A stretch of 64,000 nucleotides of DNA from Octopus sinensis (Eukaryota), in the NCBI RefSeq assembly GCF_006345805.1, contig NC_043022.1, positions 9,920,001 through 9,984,000 of the forward strand. The letters run 5' to 3'. Position 1 is the stretch's first letter. The number at the start of each line of letters is the position of its first letter. Below, piece after piece: positions 40,102 through 53,393 of the stretch. The notes beneath the pieces are model-generated. The model had not been told where the DNA came from. It ran no database searches and saw nothing but the letters and a program-made list of their open reading frames with translations. Position numbers and translations under genes: made by a program.

Positions 40102-41830
40102 TGTGTGTGTGTCTGTGTGTTTGGAGAAGGGGAGAGAGACAAAAAGAGAAAAGGGAAAATAAAAATAATAATAATAAAAATAAAAAATTAAAAAAAATTA
40201 AAAAAATAAAAATAAAAATAAAATAAAAACAAAAAATAAAAAATAAAATAAAAAAATATAAAGAATAAATAAAAATATAAAGAATAAAAAATAAAAAAAT
40301 AAAAATAAAAATAAAAATAAAAATAAGGGAGGAAGTGGAGAAGAAAAAATATTTTTGTGTGTTGATATTTATACCAACACATATATATACACACACACAG
40401 ACTTATACATAAAATATTTGAAAAAACCTTTTTATCGGTTCAAAATGAACAACCAAATTATACCATCTTGAAAGTTGTATGTCATAGGAAAGTTAAAACT
40501 AAAGTGACAATTAAAGGGTAAAGATGGAAGTGAATTATAAAGATAATAATATAATATGATGTATATAACAGGCAATACACACATCTACACACACACAGAT
40601 TTTTCCTTCAATGTATGTTGAGTAAAGTTTCAGCCATTTAATTTGGGGGAGAACTTAGCTATGAAATGTTTTTCCATATTCCTCCTGAAGGGGGTGTCAT
40701 TCTTCGGACACTTGTAGAAGGGAAATATCTTAAATTTTCCTTCTCCACATGTAGCTAGGTGTGTGCTTAGTGGTATTTTGCGTAGTTCTTCCTGCCGAAT
40801 ATGTTGTCGGTGGATCCTGGCTCGCTGGCACAAAGAATTACCAGTTTCTCCTACGTAATTCTCCTTGCATGTGGGGCAGGTTATGCAGTATATGACGTTC
40901 TGCGTCTTGCAGTTCATATCTGCATTTACTTTGAATATGACACCATTTTTAAATCTTATCTCTCTGTTGCTCTCTATGTATTGTAGGTGGGGTTGCTGCA
41001 GGTCCCACATCTACCATCTCCGCACTCTTTTGCAAAGAATTCCGTTTTAGTTTCTGAAGAGAATTTCGCTCTTGTTAGGTGTTTTTTTAGGTTTTTGTCC
41101 TGTCGTCTACTGTTTTTTATGCTATATTTGTTTAATATGTTTTTCATTTTGGGGCTCTGTAAGGCTATTGGTAGGTTGAATGTATGGTTTGGAAGATGTT
41201 GGTAACTCCAGGTTTGTGTGTTTATAAAGGGGATAGTGTTTTCTTTGTTTTTGTTTTGGGTGTCCTGAGTTGTGTGATGTCTAGTTTTAATGCTCTTGTG
41301 ATTCCATTTTCTATTAGTTTAAGGGGGTATTTTTGCTCTAGGAGGAAGCTTTTGAGTTCATCTAGTCTTATTAATCGTATTTGTGAATCAGTTACTATGC
41401 TACATATTCGTCGTGCCATACTATATGGGATGTTTCTTTTTGTGGGGATGGGTGGCAGGAGTGGAAATTTAAGTATTGATGTGTGTCAGTTTTTTTGTAG
41501 TGGATGTCTGTTGTGACGATGGAGTTGTATTTTGATGTTGATGTCTAGGAAGGGAAGTTCGTTGTGGCTGGTATCTATTGTGAAATTGATAGATGGGTGC
41601 AGCGTATTGAGGATGTTGTGGAATGTTTGTAGGTCCTCTTCTGATCTGTTCCAAAAGATGAAACAGTCATCGAGGTAGCGTTTCCACTTTTTCTTGATGT
41701 CTTCTCTGAAGTCGTGTTCGAAGACTTTCCCTATTTCGTCATATAGTTTTTTCTCCAGGAAGCCCATCACTAGGTTGGCATATGAAGGTGCGAATTTTGT
41801 ACCCATAGTCGTGCCTTCATATGCCAACCT
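39590..41830 (-). mobile_element. Penelope-like element, 5'-truncated (left arm of palindrome)
   Basis: RT motifs TMGTKFAPSYANL and RYLDD, HPSHTKRNIP thumb, GIY-YIG domain NVIYCITCPTCKENYVGET; microsatellite-rich 3' UTR. Confidence 0.92.
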
Positions 41831-44010
41831 TCATATGCCAACCTAGTGATGGGCTTCCTGGAGAAAAAACTATATGACGAAATAGGGAAAGTCTTCGAAC
41901 ACGACTTCAGAGAAGACATCAAGAAAAAGTGGAAACGCTACCTCGATGACTGTTTCATCTTTTGGAACAGATCAGAAGAGGACCTACAAACATTCCACAA
42001 CATCCTCAATACGCTGCACCCATCTATCAATTTCACAATAGATACCAGCCACAACGAACTTCCCTTCCTAGACATCAACATCAAAATACACAACTCCATC
42101 GTCACAACAGACATCCACTACAAAAAAACTGACACACATCAATACTTAAATTTCCACTCCTGCCACCCATCCCACACAAAAAGAAACATCCCATATAGTA
42201 TGGCACGACGAATATGTAGCATAGTAACTGATTCACAAATACGATTAATAAGACTAGATGAACTCAAAAGCTTCCTCCTAGAGCAAAATACCCCCTTAAA
42301 CTAATAGAAAATGGAATCACAAGAGCATTAAAACTAGACATCACACAACTCAGGACACCCAAAACAAAAAACAAAGAAAACACTATCCCTTTTATAAACA
42401 CACACAACCCTGGAGTTACCAACATCTTCCAAACCATACATTCAAACCTACCAATAGCCTTACAGAGCCCCAAATGAAAAACATATTAAACAAATATAGC
42501 ATAAAAAACAGTAGACGACAGGACAAAACCTAAAAAAACACCTAACAAGAGCGAAATTCTCTTCAGAAACTAAAACGGAATTCTTTGCAAAAGAGTGCGG
42601 AGATGGTAGATGTGGGACCTGCAGCAACCCCACCTACAAATACATAGAGAGCAACAGAGAGATAAGAGATTTAAAAATGGTGTCATATTCAAAGTAAATG
42701 CAGATATGAACTGCAAGACGCAGAACGTCATATACTGCATAACCTGCCCCACATGCAAGGAGAATTACGTAGGAGAAACTGGTAATTCTTTGTGCCAGCG
42801 AGCCAGGATCCACCGACAACATATTCGGCAGGAAGAACTACGCAAAATACCACTAAGCACACACCTAGCTACATGTGGAGAAGGAAAATTTAAGATATTT
42901 CCCTTCTACAAGTGTCCGAAGAATGACACCCCCTTCAGGAGGAATATGGAAAAACATTTCATAGCTAAGTTCTCCCCCAATTAAATGGCTGAAACTTTAC
43001 TCAACATACATTGAAGGAAAAATCTGTGTGTGTGTAGATGTGTGTATTGCCTGTTATATACATCATATTATATTATTATCTTTATAATTCACTTCCATCT
43101 TTACCCTTTAATTGTCACTTTAGTTTTAACTTTCCTATGACATACAATTTCAAGATGGTATAATTGGTTGTTCATTTTGAACCGATAAAAAGTTTTTTCA
43201 AATATTTTATGTATAAGTCTGTGTGTGTGTATATATATGTGTTGGTATAATATCAACACACAAAAATTTTTTCTTCTCCACTTCCTCCCTTATTTTTATT
43301 TTTATTTTTATTTTTATTTTTTATTTTTTATTCTTTATATTTTTATTTATTCTTTATATTTTTTTATTTTATTTTTATTTTTTGTTTTTATTTTATTTTA
43401 TTTTATTTTTTTAATTTTTTATTTTTTATTTTATTATTATTATTTTTATTTTCCCTTTTCTCTTTTTGTCTCTCTCCCCTTCTCCAAACACACAGACACA
43501 CACACACACACATACACACACACACACCACACACACACAAAACACACACAGACACACAGAGACACACACACACACAACACCTCCACAGAATGATCATAGA
43601 AAGTGTGACCCCAAATGACATTTGCCAGGCCAACCTATGCACACCACACCAGTGACATTGAAATGGACAGCCAAAGTTCTTATAAAACCACAGGGGGTCC
43701 AGCAGACCAACAGAACTAACACTTCTTCACTCTCAGATATAAATGCCCACACACACACACACACACCACACACACACACACACCACACACATACACACAT
43801 ATTTTCTCTCTGCCTCACTTCCTCCTCAACCACTACTACGAAACTATAAAAGGTTCAAACTACCCACAACTGATTTGATTTGAAAACCCACTAGAATGGG
43901 AGCAAGCGCTAATCCGAATGATATGATATATATGTAAAAAATGTAATATATAAATAAATATCTACAAATATGAACCATCTGATCTGATTACCTCAATTTT
44001 TCTAATATAT
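41831..44010 (+). mobile_element. Penelope-like element, 5'-truncated (right arm of palindrome)
   Basis: Reverse complement of the left arm; ORFs 41846-42304 and 42610-42984 carry RYLDD and GIY-YIG. Confidence 0.92.
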
Positions 44011-44057
44011 ATATATATATATACACATGCACACACGTCTATGTATGTAAGTATATA

Positions 44058-47000
44058 TCATCATCATCATCATCATCGTTTAGCGTCCGCTTTCCATGCT
44101 AGCATGGGTTGGACGGTTCAACTGGGGTCTGGGAAGCCAGAAGGCTGCACCAGGCCCAGTTTGATCTGGCAATGTTTCTACGGCTGGATGCCCTTCCTAA
44201 CGCCAACCACTCCGTGAGTGTAGTGGGTGCTTTTTACATGCCACCAGCACAGGTACCAGATGAGTCTGGCAAACGGCCACAATCGGATGGTGCTTTTTAT
44301 GTGCCACCGGCACGGGGGCCAGGCGAGGCTGGCAGCGGCCACAAACGGATGGCGCTTTTTACGTGCCACCAGCACGAGGCCAGTCAGGGCGGGGCTGGCA
44401 ACAGCCACATTCGGATGGTTCTCTTACGTGCCACCGGCACTGGTAACACATCTGCAATTTCCATTGATCGATTTCCATTCTGATCCTCACTTGCCTCAAC
44501 AGGTCTTCACTAGTAGAGTTTTGTCCCCCAAGAAGGGAAGGTATGCATACGTAGGCTGGCTCCGTCCCAAGTAGAAGGCCATGGGTTATGGTTTCACTTG
44601 TCCTGCCGGGTCTTCTCACGCACAGCATACTTCCAGAGGTCTCGGTCTCTAGTCATTTCCTCTGTGAGACCTAAAGTTCGAAGGTCGTGCTTCACCACTT
44701 CGTCCCAGGTTTTCCTGGGTCTGCCTCTTCCACAGGTTCCTTCAACCGCTAGGGTGTGGCACTTTTTCATACAACTATCTTCATCCATTCTCGCCACATG
44801 TCCATACCAGCACAAACGTCTCTCTTGCACACCACATCTGATGCTTCTTAGGTCTAGTTTTTCTCTCAAGGTACTTACACTCTATCGAGTATGAATACTG
44901 ACATTACACATCCATCGGAGCATACTGGCTTCATTTCTTGTGAGCTTATGCATATCCTCAGCAGTCACGGCCCATGTTTCACTGCCCTGTAGCATGGCTG
45001 TTCGTACACATGCATCATACAGTCTGCCTTTTACTCTGAGCAAGAGGCCTTTTGTCACCAGCAGAGGTAAGAGCTCTCTGAACTTTGCCCAAGCTATTCT
45101 TACTCTAGCAGCTACACTTTCAGCACACCCACCCCCGCTGCTGACTTGGTCACCTAGGTAACGGAAGCTATCAACTATTTCTAGTTTTTCTCCCTGGAAA
45201 GTGACAGAAGTTGGTCTCAGAGCATTTTCAGTGTTTATTGTTCTTGAGCATCTGCCACATACAAAAACCATCTTCCTAGTTAGCCTTCCTTTGACATTGC
45301 TGCACCTCTTATGTGTCCATAGCTTACACTTGGTGCATCTTATAGAGTTTCTACCTACACCTTTTCTACAGATCGAGCAGGGCCACCTACCTGAAGGCGT
45401 TTGTGATTTGTCTACCTTCCTACTTATTAGGACTTTGGTTTTAGCTAGATTGACTCTAAGGCCCTTCGATTCTAGACCTTGCTTCCACACCTGAAACTTC
45501 TCCTCGAGTTCTGATAGTGACTCAGAAATTAGAGCAAGGTCATCAGCATAGAGGAGCTCCCAAGGGCATCCTGTCTTGAATTCCTCCGTTATTGCCTGGA
45601 GGACTATTATAAATAGGAGGGGGCTGAGGACTGAGCCTTGGTTGACCCCTACCTCTACCCGGAATTCTTCACTGTACTCATTGCCAACCCTCACCTTACT
45701 AGCAGCGTCCCTGTACATGGCTCGCACTGCTCTCACTAACCATTCATCTATCCCTAGTTTCCTCATTGACCACCAGATAAGGGATCGGGGGACCCTGTCA
45801 AAGGCTTTCTCCATGTCAACAAAAGCCAGGTACAGGGGCTTATCTTTGGCTAGGTATTTCTCCTGCAGCTGCCTTACCAGGAATATAGCATCAGTGGTAC
45901 TTTTCCCTGGCACGAACTCAAACTGCATCTCATCTAAACTAACTCTCTCTCTAATTAGTTGGGCTATGACCCTCTCTGTAACCTTCATTGCCTGATCCAA
46001 CAGCTTGATACCTCTGTAATTATTTGTATCTAGGGCGTCACCTTTACCTTTGTAGCAGTTGACTATTATGCTGCTACACCAGTCATTGGGTATGACTCCT
46101 TCGTGTTTTACCTGATTAACTATACGGGTGACTAGGCTATAGCCGACACTACCAGATATTTTGAGCATCTCTATAGTGATTCCTGATGGGCCAGGGGCTT
46201 TCCCTGTCTTCATGCTTCTAATTGCCTTAACTACCAAGGAACTGTCAACTCAAATAGCTGGTCCCTCTGTTGGGTCAACATTCAGTAGACTCTCTTTATC
46301 CCATTCATTTTCTTTATTCAGCAACCTTTCATAGTGGTGTCTCCAAACCTCTCTCTTTGCATCCTCATTTAGCGCAAGTGAACCATCTTCCATGCGAACA
46401 CACTTCTCTCCTACCACATCACAATTCTCTCTCACACACTGTCTTGCAACGCAAAACACCTCCAGTCTTTGGTCCTCACAGCGCAGAACATTGGCAAATT
46501 TTTTCTTATTTGCTTCCCCTCTGGCTAGATAGACCTGTCTCCTAGCTTACCTTTTGGCAGTCTGATACAATTCCCTGCTACCACCATTCTTCCAGTCCTT
46601 CCAAGTCTGTCTCTTTTCTCTAATAGCCCTGTCTACAACACTGTTCCACCACCACGTTGCCTTGGGACAAGAGGGGACTTTGCACCAGCCACAGATCTGG
46701 TCAGTGGCTCTCAGCAGGTTGTCCCTTAGAAACGTCCAGTTGCCTTCTACCCCATGTGATACTCTATCCCCTTCTACTTCGTCAAAGGCTTCAAGTAGCA
46801 TGTCCCTAAATCTCTGTCCATTCGCAGGATCTTTAAGCTTCCAGATCCTTCTTCTCCATGTTGGTTGTCTTCTGGTTGTCCTCCTAGTCCTGATCCTAAA
46901 GTCACTAACTACCAGTCTATGTTGTGGGGTACATTCTTCGCCTGGGAAGGTTTTGGCATTTATAAGCAGCCATCTCTCCCTTTGCCTAGAAAGGATGTAG

Positions 47001-47722
47001 TCTATTTGGCTGGTATGTTGGCCCGATTGGTAGGTGACTAGGTGGCTGGTAGGTTTCCTGAAGTTAGTGTTGCAAATCATAAGATTATTTGCATTGCAGA
47101 ACTCCAGCAGCCTGGTTCCCTCCTCGTTGCGGGAACCATAGCCATAGCCTCCATGTAAGCCATGGAAGCCCCCAGCATGTCGTCCAACATGACCATTGAA
47201 GTCACCAGCCACAAAGAGAAGGTCTCTGTCGTTCCTCAACGAGGTAGTCTGCAGTAGAGTGTCATAGAATCGGTCTTTCTGTCCATCTGGTAGCCCCGAC
47301 TGAGGAGCATAGGCCGATATAATGGTTGCTAAACTATGATGAAGCACTAATCTAATCTTAAGTATTCTGTCACATACTCTGATTACCTCAATTACTTTAT
47401 CTACCCATTTCTCAGCGATAAGTATACCCACGCCACCAACCCCGTCAGTGTTCCCTGCCCAGAAAATCTTGTACCTGTGTTCCTTGCCTGTGAGGAACCT
47501 AGCAGATCCTCCTCTCCTCCTTACTTCTTGCATGCAGCATATATCCACACATCTCTGTTCAAGCATCTTGACTATCTCGCCAGACCTATCTTTCAGTGTG
47601 CCAACGTTGAGGGTGCCAACCCTGAGGGTGTGGGAGGTATGGGCCCTAGAGACCCTGGGACAGTGGACAGTAGCTTCATGTACCTGAAAAGAAAGCTCGC
47701 ATTTGGCAGAATCCATGTGCAA
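44058..47722 (-). mobile_element. Near-full-length RTE-clade LINE (APE endonuclease + RT), young pseudogenised copy
   Basis: One frame 47722-44594 interrupted only by three in-frame stops (46547, 46250, 44882). APE motifs TLNVGTL, MQEVR, AGDFNGHVG, QIDYIL; RT motifs FVDMEKAFD, QGSVLSPLLF, LYADD; Cys-rich insert; 3' UTR ends in (ATG)n at ~44058. 5' UTR may extend to ~48500. Confidence 0.95.
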
Positions 47723-48593
47723 GTAATACAGTAGCCTTCAGTTCAACCTGCATAACACTAGCCTTTCATATTTTGCACTGTATGAACATTACCTTACATA
47801 GGTCGAGACTAGGGGTAGGGATGGTGAAAGAGCATTTGCAGTCTTCATGGGAAGCAACCCCGGGATGGCAAAGAATAGGAACTTCCGGCATGTGTGGAGG
47901 GGGTGGGAGGGTGGGTGCACCATAAACTAGGAAGAGGTTCTGTTAATCGTGTGAGCAAGAAAGTAGATTTGAAAAATCTGAGAAAGTGAGATTTTTAGGG
48001 GAAAGATAAGTGGCTATGAACCAGGAGCAACAGGGAGACAAGACTAAACGAAAAACATATTTGAGCTAGACAGAGTAATGAGAGAATACTGAAAGAATAA
48101 TTACATGAATGGCATGTTACTGAGCTAGACAGAGTAATGAGAGAATACTGAAAGAAGGTTATAGTGAGAGAGTACTGAAAGAACAATATAATGAGAGAGT
48201 AATCGAAGAATAATGAAAGAATAATGATGATACGTGCAAAGATAGAAGGTAGAGGCAAGCGTGGTTGAAAGAAGAATTTCTTAACCTTAACCGTTCATGA
48301 TCTGTGCGTATTTCTTCGTTAGGGATTTGGAAGCGAGTGGGGTTACCGATAATGCGATCGCTTGTTTATATATGGCGATGGTGGTTATGGAAAGAGGGGG
48401 ACATAGAGAAACATAGGGAGAGAGATAGGGTTAGTTAGAGAGGGGGGGAGAGAGAGGTGGTCAAGGAACACGTGGGAGGAAGCTGTGTGAGGAACTTTGA
48501 CTAGCATAGTTGAAAGGGGACAGCAGTGTCGATAATATTTATTATTAAATAAGTATTATCTAATAATAAATACTATCGACACTGCCGAATAAT

Positions 48594-48640
<47 letters not shown>

Positions 48641-48689
48641 TTGTATGTATGTATGCCTCAAGGAACTTATCATCAAACTCATCTGGGTG

Positions 48690-49046
48690 TCCTGTTTAAT
48701 TTTCATCTTCTAGGCTGAAATCTCCACTTTTGAATTTTGCAAACCATCTTCTACAAGGTCTTTCATTCAAGCATTCTTTCCCATAAAGTGAGTGTATATT
48801 TCGAGTCACTTCGGTCGCAGAGTTTCCTTTTTTGTACTCATAAAGCATTATGTGCCTTAAATGCTCTTTTGATACTTTCATGTTAGAAAGGGCTTTAATT
48901 AAAGAAATTTTAATTCTATTATTCTGTAAAATAATTTTTAATTAGTTTAAATGTACAAATGCATAAAAATAATTTTTAATTCCATTAGACATTCTAAAAT
49001 ACTTTTAAATTTCATTCAATTTTAAAAAAGGTAAAATTGGACAGAA
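48690..49046 (-). mobile_element. Mariner 5' remnant (N-terminal HTH)
   Basis: HLRHIMLYEYKKGNSA...RRWFAKFKSGDFSLED; TIR tatcaggtcatcccataagt. Confidence 0.85.
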
Positions 49047-49134
49047 CTTATGGGATGACCTGATATATGTAAACTAATTTGTTATTTGTGCTTACTGTGA
49101 CATTTCAGGTAAAGAATATTGTTACTACGAGAGA

Positions 49135-49302
49135 ATGGTTGAAATATTTCCAACACACGTGAAGGATGTCTACATCTGCCACATTAAGCAGTTCAAAGAC
49201 CATCGTGGAAAGCTCTGTGAATTATTCAACATGGCCAAATATCCAGAAGAAATTAAAAAATTCTTCCCAATTCAACAGATTACTTGCGTGACCAATAGAA
49301 AA
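49135..49302 (+). CDS. rmlC: RmlC-domain exon 1 ([32 protein letters not shown]...TNRK)
   Basis: Matches the RmlC N-terminal F.D.RG...E.FN pattern. Acceptor ttcag ends at 49108, upstream of the ATG; donor gtaag at 49303; phase 0. Confidence 0.88.
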
Positions 49303-49376
49303 GTAAGACACGTTTATACACCCATACACATATATATATATATATGTATATATATATGCACATATATATATATATG

Positions 49377-49420
<44 letters not shown>

Positions 49421-51264
49421 TATATATATATATGCATATATATATATATGTAAATTTTTATCGTTTTACTTGTTTCACCTATTTGGCTGCAACCAGGCTG
49501 GGGCACAGCCTCGAAGAGTTTTAGTCAAACAGGTCGACCCAAGGACTTATTTTTTAAAGTATAGAACTTATTCTTTTGATATCTTTTGCCAAACCAGTGA
49601 GTTACGAGAGCATAAACACACCAGCATTGGTTGTCAGGCAGTGGTGGAGAACAAATACATGCACGCACACATATATATTCAACGGGCTTCTTTTAGTTTC
49701 CGTCTACCAAATGCACTCACAAGGCTTTGATTGGCCCGAGGCTATAGCAGAAGACACTTACCCACGGTGCCACAGAATGGGACTGAACCCAGAACCATGT
49801 GGTTAGGAAGCAGGCTTCTTACCACACAGCCACGCTTACACTCATATATATATGTATATATATATATATATATATACATGCACACACAGGGTTATTCAAA
49901 AAGAATGAACCCATTTCATTACGCAATATTTTAATAAGGAAAAGCAATAGAAAACTCCAGCTAGGTCACAAGTATTTACTCACAATCAACTTTTATTTTC
50001 TGTCTTACAAGTGTTCAATGTGGCCACCACCTGCAGCACAGGCAACATCAATGTGATAAGAGAATCCTTCCCAGATGCATATCAGCATATCATGAACTAC
50101 TGGGTACTTCTTTGGCTGTCTGGTTGAATGCTTTATCAAAGTTTTCCCATTTCCATTCTATGTTAATATCTTCTGGAATCACCTCAAGCAAAGCAAATTT
50201 ATTCTTTAGTTCTATAATGAACTTGCTTTTGATATGCTGATACGGGTCTGGGAGAATTCTTTTATCGCATTGATGCTGTCTGTGCTGCAGGTGGTGGCCA
50301 CATTGAACACTTGTAACACAAGAAATAAAAGTTGATTGTGAGTAAATACTTGTGACCTAGCTGGAGTTTTCTATTGCTTTTCCTTATTAAAATATTGCGT
50401 AATGAAATCGGTTCATTCTTTTTGAATAACCCTGTATATGTGTGTATGTGTGTGTATGTGTGTGTGTGTGTGTGTGTAGAAGGTTGAAAAGAAACACACA
50501 AGTTGATATATATGGAAAAAAAGTCAAGGTAGAAAATGCTAAAATAATTTTATAAAAAGCATTTCGGTACCAGTTTCAGTCATTGAAACTTTTTCAACTG
50601 TAACAATTAAACAATTAAATTTAGAAAAATTAAAAGAAAAGTTTTTTTTAAAGAATATTTGCATAATATTCAAATACAAGGGGCATTTTCCTTGTTTGTG
50701 CCTTTCTCTGTCTCTCTTGTTAACTCTTGTGGGTTTACGACTATTATACCAGCTGCATTCTCCTCTTATGCTCCCCTCTCGTTCTCCCTCTTCCTCTTCG
50801 TCTTCTTCGCACAAGAGTAAGCAAGAGAGACAGAGCCAGGTAGAAACAAGGAAAATGCCCCTTGTATTTGAATATTATGCAAATATTCTTCTAAACAACT
50901 TTTCTTTTAATTTTTCCAAAATTTAATTGTTTTCCATACTTATAGTTGAAAAAGTCTCAATGACTGAAACTGGTACTGAAATGTCTTTTATAAAATTATT
51001 TTAGCATTTTCTCTCTTGGTGGCATGTAAAAAGCACCATCCGATCGTGGCCGTTTGCCAGCCTCGTCTGGCACCTGTGCCGGTGGCACATAAAAAGCACC
51101 CACTACACTCATGGAGTGGTTGGCGTTAGGAAGGGTATCCAGCCATAGAAACATTGCCAGATCAAACTGGGCCTGGTGCAGCCTTCTGGCTTCCCAGACC
51201 CCAGTTGCACCATCCAACCCATGCCAGCATGGAAAGCAGATGCTAAACGATGATGATGATGATG

Positions 51265-51316
<52 letters not shown>

Positions 51317-52565
51317 CAAGGTTATTAACATCACTATGCCGCAGTGAATCCTTCTCATCATCACCATTTAACAGTGATTTTCCATCCTGGCATGGATTGG
51401 ATAAGAGCTGGATCAGACTCCAGTATGTTTTGGCATGGTTTCTATGGTCTAATGTTCTTCCTAATTCCAGCCACTTTAGAGAGTATACTGGGGTGCTTTT
51501 TATATGGTACCAGCATGGGACCTTTAATGGCAAGGGAGCTTTTTACACGGCACCAGCACAGGTGCTGCTGATGTGGGGTGCTACTTATGTGGTGCCAGCA
51601 CGGGTGCATGATACAGGGCACCAGCATGGGTGCTTTTTTTGTGGCATCACCAGTGCCTATGGGGTAGACATGTAACTTACAAGACAAGGAGTTCTCAGTT
51701 GAAAGAGAGAGTGGAACCAAGAAAAGTAACAGTGTGCCAGGCGAGGGGTTGGGTATGATATAGGGGACAGGGATAGCTGTCTTGCTACAGAGGAAATACT
51801 TGGCTACCTGAGTGGGACAAGGAAGGAGAGGGAGGCGGGAAAAGTTTGAGAGAAAGTTAGAGACAGAGAGAGAAAGAGGGAGAGAGAGAAAGAGGGAGAA
51901 GAGAAGGAGGGAAGGGTTTACCTATTTCTTTATTACCCACAAGGGGCTAAACACAGAGGGGACAAACGAGGACAGACATAGGTATTAAGTTGATTACATC
52001 AACTCCAGTGCGTAACTGGTACTTAATTTATTGACCCCGAAAGGATGAAAAGCAAAGCCGACCTCAGCTGAATTTGAACTCAGAACGTAACGACAGACGA
52101 AATACCGCTAAGCATTTTGCCCGGCGTGCTAACGTTTCTGCCAGCTCACTGCCTTTACCTACAGGGAACAGTGACGGTAGTGATGGTAGATATAAGTAGT
52201 ACAAATAGGACAGAGATGTTCCACTGGAATGTGAGGGGAAATATTTAGAGACAAATGGTGAAAGGAACTGGAGTGGCTGATATGAATTTCTTTCTAGTTC
52301 ACTGCATACAACCATGGTTTTAATCGACAAAGCTTTCAATATGAACAGGTTTTCTTTTATTTGTTATAGCTCCTTAAAAAAATTTGGTATAATAGAAGAG
52401 CAATTTAACCCGTTCGTGTTTGTTGGATATAAAGATTATACATTTTACTGGTCCACTTCATACGAATAATAGAATAGCTTCTCCTTTATAATCCCTGTTC
52501 ATGCAGTAAAGGTGTGACATTGATCTACTTGTTTATAGCAAGGTCATTTCAAAGTACAGACACAG

Positions 52566-52632
<67 letters not shown>

Positions 52633-53099
52633 AAATTGAATAAGGGTAGAAATTGATATTAATCAATTAAAACCAGTGGCCTAGCATATTAAAAAAATCC
52701 GAAGATTAAAATATTTTTTACATACAAAATTAAAATTTAAATCTAAATTTTGTATGTAAAAAATATGTGTGTGTGTGTGTGTGTGGAGGCACAATGGCCC
52801 AGTGGTTAGGGCACCTGACTTGCGGTTGTAGGATCGCAGTTTCGATTCCCAGATCAGGCATTGTGAGGGTTTATTGAGCGAAAACACCTAAAGCTCCACA
52901 AGGTTCCGGCAGGGGGCGGTGGCGGTCCCTGCTGTACTCTTTAACCACTCTTTCTCCCACTCTTTCAACTGTTGGCCTGCTCGCTTAGCCAGCGGGGTGG
53001 CGTCATTTGAAGGCTAAAACAATGCAAAGCGCATTGTGACCAGCAATGTGTAGCAACATCTGATAGCCTGGTCGGTCACGGTGGTCGCAGTGATATATA

Positions 53100-53148
<49 letters not shown>

Positions 53149-53330
53149 GTATGTGTATCCAAGGGAAAGACAAAGGGCTGATACAGCTTGGCACCAGTGA
53201 TGTCACAGCTCATTTTTATTAACGCGCGAGTGGCTGAGCACTCCACAGACATGTGTACCCTTAACGTAGTTCTCGGGGAGATTCAGCATAACACAGAGTG
53301 TGACAAGGCTGGCCCTTTGAAATACAAGTG

Positions 53331-53393
<63 letters not shown>

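Noticed and set aside
52794-52870. tRNA genes (also at ~8480-8548 and other SINE heads)
   Set aside because: tRNA-like heads continue into SINE bodies and lack a proper cloverleaf acceptor stem.
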